In this document: piece after piece, positions 52,903 through 61,044 of the stretch
Layout of the letters: each line of letters opens with the position of its first letter
How positions within the stretch are numbered: position 1 is the first letter of the stretch
NCBI GenBank assembly: GCA_038321985.1
Contig: JBBQFN010000031.1
Span: 1-61,044 of the forward strand
DNA: 61,044 nucleotides
Direction: 5' to 3'
From: Cyanophyceae cyanobacterium
GTDB taxonomy: Bacteria > Cyanobacteriota > Cyanobacteriia > Cyanobacteriales > Laspinemataceae
Translations under genes and position numbers: made by a program
The notes under the pieces: model-generated
What the model saw: the letters and a program-made list of their open reading frames with translations, nothing else
Told to the model about the DNA's origin: nothing
Databases searched by the model: none

Positions 52903-53277
52903 TGACGGTAGGCGATCGGCTCACCCTACTCGGTACAATCAACCCAGACCGATGGGCGTAATTGTAGCCAGTTGCCTGGGCATTTTTTACCGCCAAGACT
53001 TCCACTGGATCTCCAGATTGAGTATTTTTTAAGGCAGGTCCCTGATCTGGTCGAAGGGTGCTTGCCTTCCCCGGTCAATGGGTAATACTCCATACGGTAG
53101 TTATAGGTCTGTTAAAAGGATCATAACTTAGTGGACCCCACCCTAACCCTCCCCGATGCTTTGGTCCGGGAACAATCAGATGAAATTAAACGACTTTTGA
53201 TACCCGGATTTGGTATAAGCCCTGATGGTGAAGAAATTCATCCCGGGCGGATTGATTACTCAAGGTCATACTGTAAA
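52903..53277 (+). repeat. Direct repeat X' (second copy of 33529-33770, interrupted by a MITE)
   Basis: Direct alignment to 33529-33770. Confidence 0.95.
53086..53215. mobile_element. 130-bp MITE with IS630-related ends and TAA target duplication
   Basis: Absent from copy X (GGTAAGCCC empty site); here GG-TAA-[TACTCCATACGG...CCGGATTTGGTA]-TAA-GCCC. Confidence 0.9.
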
Positions 53278-53582
53278 GGGAGTTGTGCAACCCTGCTATA
53301 CTTAACTCTCCCAGTTTATAACCTATCAGGTGTGGATTTGAGCCAACCCTAAGTCTTGCCACGAGTGCAAAATCTCAGCTACAAGAATCGAGCGGCGATC
53401 GCAATCCTCACCCGTTTCTCCTCCTCTAGATAGTTGCCAGCCTTGCTGTTTCCCAGCTACAAGATTGATAGAGAAAAGTGGAAAACCTGGGCAGGGAGCA
53501 ACTCCCCAGTCTCCAAAAACCGATAAAATCAGTAAGATTAGCTCACTTGGCCCTTGAGTGAATCGATAGAGGAGGTTGAACC

Positions 53583-54575
53583 ATGCCTGAGATTTCTGTG
53601 ATTATACCCGCTTATAATGCTGAATTGACGATTGTTGAAACAATCGAATCCGTTTTACAACAAACGTTTCGAGATTTTGAAATTATCGTAATTAACGATG
53701 GATCTCAAGATAGAACCCCAATCTTGGTGCAGGCAATTCCAGATTCGCGAGTACAGGTGATTACCTATCAAAATGGGGGGGTTTGTGCGGCCCGCAATCG
53801 CGGCATTTCCCGGGCAAAGGGAGAATTCATAGCTTTTTTGGATGCAGATGACTTATGGACGAGGGATAAGTTAGAACTACAACGGGCTGCCCTCCAGGAC
53901 CATCCAGAAGCGGGGGTGGCTTATAGTTCCACCTGTTTAATGAACATGAATTCTCATGGAGGTCTTCCTACCTTTCATCCGACATTTATTCAAGCAGAAT
54001 GGGCAGAAATAGCCTATGAAAAGTTGTTAGTTCAGAATTTCATTCATAGCGGCTCTAATCCTTTAATTCGCCGAGAGGCGATCGCATCAGTGGGGGAATT
54101 TGATAGCTACTGTTCTAGTTCTGCTGACTGGGATTATTGGTTACGACTTGCCAAGATTTGGCCCTTTGTCGCCGTGCCTAAATATCAAGTCCTTTATCGG
54201 CGGATGCCTGGTTCGATGTCATCCAACATCGAGGTGATAAAACGAGACTCTTTAATTACCATGGACAAAGCCTATGCAGCAGCAGCACCGGAGCTAAAAC
54301 TCCTGAAAAACCAAACCTTAGTCAATTTTCATAAATATTTCGCTGAACTCTATTTAGAACGGATTAACGACGCTCATGCAGTTCAGCAAGCTGGAAAAAA
54401 TTTACGAAAAGCCATTTCTATTCAACCGAAAATTCTGGGAGAAATTTCAACTCAAAGACTGGCTATCCGTTGGATGATCAAACAAATATTTCCTCCTTAT
54501 TTAGCCAATTACCTCCTTCAGTCGATCCGAAAATCTCTAACCATATCTGACCCTAGACTAGAATCCTCATCTTGA
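53583..54575 (+). CDS. Glycosyltransferase family 2
   Basis: ISVIIPAYN, INDGSQD, FLDADD, ADWDYWLR; GGAGG RBS. Confidence 0.93.
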   Translation: MPEISVIIPAYNAELTIVETIESVLQQTFRDFEIIVINDGSQDRTPILVQAIPDSRVQVITYQNGGVCAARNRGISRAKGEFIAFLDADDLWTRDKLELQRAALQDHPEAGVAYSSTCLMNMNSHGGLPTFHPTFIQAEWAEIAYEKLLVQNFIHSGSNPLIRREAIASVGEFDSYCSSSADWDYWLRLAKIWPFVAVPKYQVLYRRMPGSMSSNIEVIKRDSLITMDKAYAAAAPELKLLKNQTLVNFHKYFAELYLERINDAHAVQQAGKNLRKAISIQPKILGEISTQRLAIRWMIKQIFPPYLANYLLQSIRKSLTISDPRLESSS

Positions 54576-54633
54576 CTTCAATCGATTGAATAAACCCTCT
54601 GACCCCTACCGAAAAGTCTCGATTAATAAGATT

Positions 54634-55893
54634 ATGCTCATTGAAAAAATAAAAACCATATTTTCGGGTGAATATATTCGCAATGTCGGCTGGTTGGGGG
54701 GAGCAGAATTGTGCAATCGAGTCTTTCGTCTAGCCACAACGGTTACCCTGGCTCGTACCTTTAGTACGGAAGACTATGGCCTCATGGCAATTGTTTATAG
54801 TGTAGTGGAATTAGCCAATGTATTTACCCTGCGTCAAGGCATTGGAGCGAAAATTATTCAAGCGGATCAGGAAGATGTAGAAGTTCTAAGTAATACCTCT
54901 TATTGGCTAAATTGGATACTATGTATTTTAATTTTTATAGTTCAAGCAGTTGGGGGATTTGTTGTTTCAAAATACTACCAGAATGACCGTTTAATTTTAC
55001 CTATTGCCACCGCAGGCATTATGTATTTATTGATGCCTCTATATTTAATTAATTCTGCTTTAATTCAGCGACAAAATCGCCTGAAGATTTTGGCCCTTTG
55101 CAATGCAATTCAATCCTTTTTTTCCAATATTATTACCGTCGCTTTAGCCTTAATGGGGCTGGGAGTATGGGCGATCGTATGTCCAATGGTTTTAACTACC
55201 CCCGTCTGGATTATCATTAGCTGGAAATATCAAAAATGGCGACCGCCTACCTCTTTTAAACTAGCCCGATGGCAAGAAGTTACCTCATTTGGAGGTAATC
55301 TTTTAGGAATTGAATTATTGGGAAAAGCTAGGGGAACCCTAGATTATCTCATCATTGGTCACTTTCTAGGTATCGATGCCTTGGGGATATATTATTTTGC
55401 TTTTAATGCAGGTTTGGGCATTAGCATGAATGTTATCAATGCTTTTAATTCTGCACTTTTCCCTTATTTTTGTCAAGTTCAGGATCAACTGGGGCAACTC
55501 AAAGAACGCTTTTGGAGTAGTCTCAAAAAAACTTATCTTATTGTCGGCCCTTTGATTATCTTACAGGCCAGTTTAGCCCCCTTTTATGTTCCGCTTATTT
55601 TTGGGGAAAAATGGCGACCGGCTATCCCCATTCTAATCTTAATTTGCTTATCAGCTATGCCCTTACCATTACTCATTTCTTCCTTTTATCTCCTGAATGC
55701 CAGAGGTAAGCCTCATATCACACTTTACTGGAATCTCTTGTTTACGGTATTTTTTGCTATCCTTATTTTAGTCGCCGTTCAGGGGGGAATTATAGGGGTT
55801 GCTGTCGCTGTATTAGGGTATCAAATTGTGACGGTTCCTCCTTTCACCTGGTGGTGTCTTAACTATGTATTTCCTAAAAAGTCTAAGGCTTAA
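54634..55893 (+). CDS. wzx: Wzx-type polysaccharide flippase
   Basis: Colinear homologue of 46876-48150; ATG at 54634 chosen from the shared MLIEKIK start. Confidence 0.88.
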   Translation: MLIEKIKTIFSGEYIRNVGWLGGAELCNRVFRLATTVTLARTFSTEDYGLMAIVYSVVELANVFTLRQGIGAKIIQADQEDVEVLSNTSYWLNWILCILIFIVQAVGGFVVSKYYQNDRLILPIATAGIMYLLMPLYLINSALIQRQNRLKILALCNAIQSFFSNIITVALALMGLGVWAIVCPMVLTTPVWIIISWKYQKWRPPTSFKLARWQEVTSFGGNLLGIELLGKARGTLDYLIIGHFLGIDALGIYYFAFNAGLGISMNVINAFNSALFPYFCQVQDQLGQLKERFWSSLKKTYLIVGPLIILQASLAPFYVPLIFGEKWRPAIPILILICLSAMPLPLLISSFYLLNARGKPHITLYWNLLFTVFFAILILVAVQGGIIGVAVAVLGYQIVTVPPFTWWCLNYVFPKKSKA

Positions 55894-55948
55894 ACTCTTT
55901 ACCCTTAATCAAATTAAATTCTATTAATTACCAAAGGAAGTTTCCAAA

Positions 55949-56890
55949 ATGCCAGAAATTTCAATTATTATACCGGCTTATAATGCGGAAAAAACTATTG
56001 GGGAGACTGTAGATTCGGTTCAAAATCAAACCTTATCTGATTGGGAATTGATTATCATTAATGATGGATCTACAGATAATACCCTGAGTATTCTTAATCC
56101 AATCAAAGACTCTAGAATTAAGATATTTTCCTATCCTAACGCCGGGGTAGCTGTCGCCCGAAATCGCGGAATTTCAAAGGCAAGAGGAAACTATATTGCC
56201 TTTCTCGATGCTGATGATTTGTGGACTCCTGATAAATTAGAACTCCAACTGGCTGCTTTACAAAAAAATCCAGCCGCTGGCGTCGCCTATAGCTGGAATT
56301 ATTACCAATATGAAAATCCGGCAGATTCCTATGCTGATACTTTTCAGACATTTGAGGGGAATGTTTATCCGGATTTATTGATTAAAAACTTTCTTCAAAA
56401 TGGATCTAACCCTTTGATTAAAAAAGAAGCGATCGCTTCGGTAGGACTATTCGATCCCACCATAAAATCTTGTGAGGATTGGGACTATTATTTGCGACTG
56501 GCAGTTAATTGTCCCTTTGTATTGGTGCCTAAAATCCAAATTATTTATCGCCAATCTTCTGATTCAGTGAGTTCTAACATTGAAGTAATGGAAGACTATC
56601 TTTTACTATTAATAAACCGCACCTTTGAATCTGTCCCACCGGAATTAAAACATCTTAAAAAGCAAAGTTTATCCTGGGTTTATAAATATGTAGCTCACCA
56701 TTATTTCAGGCAAAAAATTACTAATTCAAATCAATGGCGACTGATCATAAAAAATTTAATGAAAGCGGTTATTTTTTATCCACCTCAGTTTTTTGACAAC
56801 TATACTCAATATATAGTCAAAGAAGTTATGCAGCAATTTATTGATAGAGTTTCCAAGAAGATACTTTACTTATTAAATTTGATAAATTAA
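55949..56890 (+). CDS. Glycosyltransferase family 2
   Basis: ISIIIPAYN, INDGSTD, FLDADD, CEDWDYYLR. Confidence 0.93.
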   Translation: MPEISIIIPAYNAEKTIGETVDSVQNQTLSDWELIIINDGSTDNTLSILNPIKDSRIKIFSYPNAGVAVARNRGISKARGNYIAFLDADDLWTPDKLELQLAALQKNPAAGVAYSWNYYQYENPADSYADTFQTFEGNVYPDLLIKNFLQNGSNPLIKKEAIASVGLFDPTIKSCEDWDYYLRLAVNCPFVLVPKIQIIYRQSSDSVSSNIEVMEDYLLLLINRTFESVPPELKHLKKQSLSWVYKYVAHHYFRQKITNSNQWRLIIKNLMKAVIFYPPQFFDNYTQYIVKEVMQQFIDRVSKKILYLLNLIN

Positions 56891-56956
56891 GGAAAATTTT
56901 TCCCATCAGTTCCTCTTTTATTGCTTGTAAACCCCTTTTAATTAAAGCTGAAAACC

Positions 56957-57889
56957 ATGTCTAAAATTTCAATTATTCTCCCTGCCTACAATGCTGAAAA
57001 AACGCTTCTCGAAACTTGGGAATCCGTACAAAATCAAACTTATTCAGACTGGGAACTCATCGCTATTGACGATGGTTCCACGGATAATACCCTCAGCCTG
57101 ATCAAGGGAATTGAAGACCCACGAATCCAAGTATTTTCCTATCCCAATGGGGGAGTCTCTATGGCTCGAAATCGAGGAATTACTCATGCGACGGGGGAGT
57201 ATATTGCCTTTCTAGATGCCGATGATTTATGGACCGAGGATAAATTAGAGTTACAATTAGCCGCCCTTAAAAACAACCCACAGGCAGGGGTAGCTTATAG
57301 TTGGGTAGTTTATTTCAACCCTGAACGAGAAACCGAATATCCGAGTATTCCCCTCCATTTTGAGGGGAATGTTTATGCGGATTTGTTATTAACTAACTTT
57401 TTGGCTAATGGTTCCAATCCCTTAATTACGAGAGAAGCTGTCGCCTCCGTGGGAGAGTTTGACTCAGCTTTTCCTCACTGTGCCGACTGGGACTATTATC
57501 TGCGTCTAGCGGCTGAATGGCCCTTTGTAGTGGTTCCCCAGCATCAAGTGTTCTATCGTCAATCTTCCGGTTCCATGTCTTCCAAAGTGGATGATATTGA
57601 ACACCAACTCTTGAAGATGTTTGATAAACATTTTACAAGTATTTCCCCGGTGGAATATCATCGCCTACAGCCTCAAAGTTTAGCGGCAGTTTATCAATAT
57701 TGCGCGCACAAATATTTAGAATATGAAAGGGATCGCACAGACGTAGATAAAGCAATCCAGAAATTAGGAAAGGCAATTCGTCTTCATCCCCCGGTTTTCT
57801 TCAATGACTATGGCCGATCGCTCCTCCGATGGTTGATTATACGGTGGATTGTCACTCGAATTTCCCCCCGCATCAAACCCTCCACTTAG
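56957..57889 (+). CDS. Glycosyltransferase family 2
   Basis: ISIILPAYN, IDDGSTD, FLDADD, CADWDYYLR. Confidence 0.93.
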   Translation: MSKISIILPAYNAEKTLLETWESVQNQTYSDWELIAIDDGSTDNTLSLIKGIEDPRIQVFSYPNGGVSMARNRGITHATGEYIAFLDADDLWTEDKLELQLAALKNNPQAGVAYSWVVYFNPERETEYPSIPLHFEGNVYADLLLTNFLANGSNPLITREAVASVGEFDSAFPHCADWDYYLRLAAEWPFVVVPQHQVFYRQSSGSMSSKVDDIEHQLLKMFDKHFTSISPVEYHRLQPQSLAAVYQYCAHKYLEYERDRTDVDKAIQKLGKAIRLHPPVFFNDYGRSLLRWLIIRWIVTRISPRIKPST

Positions 57890-57896
57890 ACTGATC

Positions 57897-57918
57897 ATGA
57901 GAGGCGATCGCCTCTCAT
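57897..57918. terminator. 22-bp perfect palindrome centred on HIP1 between convergent GT2 and rarA
   Basis: ATGAGAGGCGATCGCCTCTCAT between the two stop codons. Confidence 0.55.
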
Positions 57919-57922
57919 CCTT

Positions 57923-60154
57923 TTAAAAATCCACAGTGGCACAGATGAAGACGATCGCACTTTCCCATTGCACGGTTTGATGGAGGAGATGGCGCTGGAA
58001 TGCCTCCGCTACTGCCTGAACCTCCGACCCCGAGAGCATTTGTGCCACTCTGTCTCCATAGCTGGGTTTTTCCGACTTCGAGGGAGTAAACCAGCGATCC
58101 AGCATGGCAGCGGTGATATATAATTCCTGTTGCGATCGCTCCAGTTGCAATGTTACCTTAAACCCCACGGATTCTAAACTGTGTTGCAAATCTGCTGTAT
58201 CCCAATTCACCATCGAGTCCCTGGAGTCCTGATAAATTGCCTCTTCTGCTACCATCAGGCGATCGCCTAAATTTCCTTGCAGTCCCTTTCCCCCTAACAA
58301 CCGATATAAGCGCTGAGTATAACGCGGCAGGGTTTCCCCTAAAACTAACCTTCCCGACTCGGACAGCAGGGACGCTAAACTCTCGGCGATCGCCCTTTTA
58401 TCCACTTCCCGAACCAAGGCATTTCTGCCCAGAATTCGGTCAAATTTGACTCCAGGTGCTTGCTTTTCCAAGGTTTGGCGAATTTCAGATAAAGACGATG
58501 CCATCACCATCGGACGCATTAACTCCGGTAGGGATGCAGATTGTTCCCTTAACGCCCTCACCTCTGACTCCTGACGGGCGATCGCATAAACTCCCCCCTC
58601 TGGCACCCGACGGACTGCCTCCCAAGTGAGTAAACCACTTTGGGCGTTTAAGTCCAAAATGACGTGATGGCGCTGGGGTTGTCCCATTTCAAAGAGGCGA
58701 TCGCGCACCTGTCCGAGGCGATCGCCCACTTGTCCTAATGTGCGCTGTAACCACCGATCCGCCATGCGATCGCCAGGACCATAAGTGAGAACTTCTGCCG
58801 GTGCCACTCCCACACCTTCCACCATTGCGGCTAACTGCGCTTCCCGACGCCGCGCTACCTGGGTCGCAATTTCTCCCTCTTTTCCCTGATGGGACGGTTG
58901 ATAAAATACCTTCCCCTGCAAACTTTGGGGTAAATATTGCTGTTCTACCCAATGATCTCGATAGGCGTGAGGATACAAATATCCCGCACCATGTCCGAAC
59001 CCCTTTTTATCCCGATTCGCATCCTTTAAATGGCTGGGAACCTCTGCCTCTCGTTCCTTTTCCACGGTTGCCAGGGCCTCAAAAAATCCCATAATGCTGT
59101 TAGATTTAGGGGCAGTAGCTAAGTATAATGCGGCTTGAGCTAGATGATACCGTCCTTCCGGCATTCCCACGCGATCAAAACTTTCTGCACAAGCATTGAC
59201 GATCACCACGGCGTTCGGATCCGCGAGTCCGATATCTTCACTGGCTAAAATTAACATCCGCCGGAAGATAAAACGCGGATCTTCCCCGGCATAGACCATT
59301 TTGGCTAACCAGTAGAGGGCTGCATCGGGGTCAGAACCGCGCAAACTTTTAATAAATGCACTAATTGTATCAAAGTGAGCATCGCCCTCTTTATCATATA
59401 AAACCGCCCGTTTTTGGATGGATTCTTCCGCAACATCCAAGGTGATGTGAATGTTTCCCGTTTCATCCGGTGGGGTGGTTTCTACTGCTAATTCTAAAGC
59501 ATTCAACAGCGATCGCGCGTCGCCATTGGCAACATCGACTAAATGGGTAATCGCCCCTGGATCGAGCTTCACCTTCAGGTGACCATATCCGCGATCGCTA
59601 TCTCTTAAAGTTTGCTCACAAATGTTTTGTAAATCCGTGGAATTCAAAGGAGTCAGTTGAAAAATACGAGATCGACTGACTAAGGCTTTGTTAACTTCAA
59701 AATAGGGGTTTTCTGTAGTTGCCCCAATCAGAATCACCGTTCCATTTTCCACCCAAGGTAACAGCGCATCTTGTTGGGATTTATTAAACCGATGGACTTC
59801 ATCCACAAATAAAATAGTCCGTTGAGAAGACGCTTCTCGATGCTGTTGGGCCGAGGCGATCGCCTCTCGAATTTCCTTCACTCCAGAAAGCACCGCATTA
59901 ATTGCAATAAACTGAGCGCGGGTACTATTGGCAATCACCCGTGCTAAAGTGGTTTTTCCCGTCCCTGGAGGACCATAAAAAATTAAAGAAGAGAGTTGAT
60001 CCGCCTGAATTGCCCGACGCAACAACCGCCCCTCCCCCAGAATATGCTCTTGTCCAATAAATTCCTCTAGCGATCGGGGTCTCATCCGTGCTGCCAAAGG
60101 TGCATCTTTATCAATATGTACCTGTTTCTTTGAAGTGGATTTCATCATCAACAT
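57923..60154 (-). CDS. rarA: Replication-associated recombination protein A (RarA/MgsA AAA+ ATPase) with C-terminal methyltransferase-like extension
   Basis: [68 protein letters not shown]; extra domain [16 protein letters not shown]. Confidence 0.93.
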   Translation of the reverse strand: MLMMKSTSKKQVHIDKDAPLAARMRPRSLEEFIGQEHILGEGRLLRRAIQADQLSSLIFYGPPGTGKTTLARVIANSTRAQFIAINAVLSGVKEIREAIASAQQHREASSQRTILFVDEVHRFNKSQQDALLPWVENGTVILIGATTENPYFEVNKALVSRSRIFQLTPLNSTDLQNICEQTLRDSDRGYGHLKVKLDPGAITHLVDVANGDARSLLNALELAVETTPPDETGNIHITLDVAEESIQKRAVLYDKEGDAHFDTISAFIKSLRGSDPDAALYWLAKMVYAGEDPRFIFRRMLILASEDIGLADPNAVVIVNACAESFDRVGMPEGRYHLAQAALYLATAPKSNSIMGFFEALATVEKEREAEVPSHLKDANRDKKGFGHGAGYLYPHAYRDHWVEQQYLPQSLQGKVFYQPSHQGKEGEIATQVARRREAQLAAMVEGVGVAPAEVLTYGPGDRMADRWLQRTLGQVGDRLGQVRDRLFEMGQPQRHHVILDLNAQSGLLTWEAVRRVPEGGVYAIARQESEVRALREQSASLPELMRPMVMASSLSEIRQTLEKQAPGVKFDRILGRNALVREVDKRAIAESLASLLSESGRLVLGETLPRYTQRLYRLLGGKGLQGNLGDRLMVAEEAIYQDSRDSMVNWDTADLQHSLESVGFKVTLQLERSQQELYITAAMLDRWFTPSKSEKPSYGDRVAQMLSGSEVQAVAEAFQRHLLHQTVQWESAIVFICATVDF

Positions 60155-60193
60155 TAAAATAATTAATTTAAAATTTGCATCCGTTTCTAAGGC

Positions 60194-60220
60194 TTGTAGT
60201 AACGACTTAATGTCGTTATC
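60194..60220 (+). repeat. REP-like palindrome (AACGACT family)
   Basis: TTGTAGTAACGACTTAATGTCGTTATC. Confidence 0.7.
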
Positions 60221-60450
60221 GGCGGTTACAATATTATCCTCCTAGCGAGTCCACTTGAATTGAGTATTTTCTCAAAGGAGTGGGAGCATTTTGCTCCCTA
60301 TCCCTCGTCTCACTATCGGTGCCTTTATTCGGAAAAATTCTAGGTGCAGACCCCTCCCCAAAAATCAAGGGAGGGGAGCGTATTTTACTTGATTCGACGG
60401 GTTTTTTGACTCAAATCATAGAAAACCTAAAACTCTATCCTTCTTAATCC

Positions 60451-60804
60451 TCAGGCAGAAACCTGTAAACTTTGAGGTGCGATCGCCGGAAAGTAGCTCT
60501 CCGTTAATCCCCACACTTTGCATTCAAAACTGGCATTAACTCGCTTGCCACATTTGCGGACCATTGCCCAGTCACAATGGGGTAAAACTTGGTCTAAAAA
60601 TGCTTCGGCACTCTTGAGGGATGGAAACCCAAAATAGTCAACCCAAGGGTGACCATTCGCAAGTAAAGACACCCGGCGATCGCCCATGAGCACGGTTTCC
60701 CAATTGGCTGTTTTGGGGCAGGACTCGGACAGTTCGTTCCAAGCCTCCCAAACTTGAATCAGTTCATCTTTTTTGAGGCTTCTCCAGGGTTGGGGAGTCC
60801 CCAA
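60451..60804 (-). CDS. Hypothetical protein (start uncertain)
   Basis: 117-aa ORF with protein-like composition; frame stays open about 45 codons further upstream without ATG/GTG/TTG. Confidence 0.5.
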   Translation of the reverse strand: MGTPQPWRSLKKDELIQVWEAWNELSESCPKTANWETVLMGDRRVSLLANGHPWVDYFGFPSLKSAEAFLDQVLPHCDWAMVRKCGKRVNASFECKVWGLTESYFPAIAPQSLQVSA

Positions 60805-61044
60805 TATTTTTCCAATGATCCCGGGAGAAAAAAGAGTGCCTTTTTGACGGCGATCGATGGCTGCTATCTCGTTAATTAACTGGTCTTTTGTTAGAGTGAT
60901 AGCCGGCTCTTCAGACTTTTTGGTGATAAGTTTTTCTAATTAGTTTTGTACTCGCTCCCCAGCCCAGGAACTGAAAGCCTTACAAGTCAAGGCTTCTAGC
61001 TCTAAAAGTGACCAAAACGAGTCTCATAAATCCCCAAAATACTA

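Noticed and set aside
53131..53352. 73-aa ORF before cluster B (and 33552-33734 in copy X)
   Set aside because: Starts inside a MITE and spans repeat X'; not preserved between the two copies.
2341..59094. Many short ORFs antisense or off-frame within long genes
   Set aside because: Shadow ORFs of well-supported CDSs with no independent evidence.

Overview
Chromosomal window from a filamentous cyanobacterium (Oscillatoriales-like, inferred from dense HIP1 GCGATCGC sites, photosystem II genes and REP/MITE-rich intergenic DNA). The left half holds: the 3' end of psbD plus a non-overlapping, divergent psbC; a stand-alone PCP_red protein; an nrsBA/nrsRS-type metal efflux locus; a SWIM-SNF2 pair; pnp, tpiA, folP and nadA; tRNA-Ser(UGA); an Rpn/DUF2887 pseudogene; and Crp, M61 peptidase, Mn-catalase and DsbA-like genes. 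The right half is a Wzx/Wzy-type exopolysaccharide region and the most striking structure. Two diverged versions of one locus lie in tandem: X(33529-33770), long EPS cluster, rarA 3' fragment, dead IS630, X'(52903-53277), short EPS cluster, intact rarA. The flanks are nearly identical while the internal glycosyltransferase/flippase genes are much more diverged, and the IS at the join has non-matching target sites. This suggests an IS-mediated juxtaposition of two different alleles of the locus. No CRISPR array, prophage or rRNA was found. All family assignments come from motif recognition by eye, not database searches.
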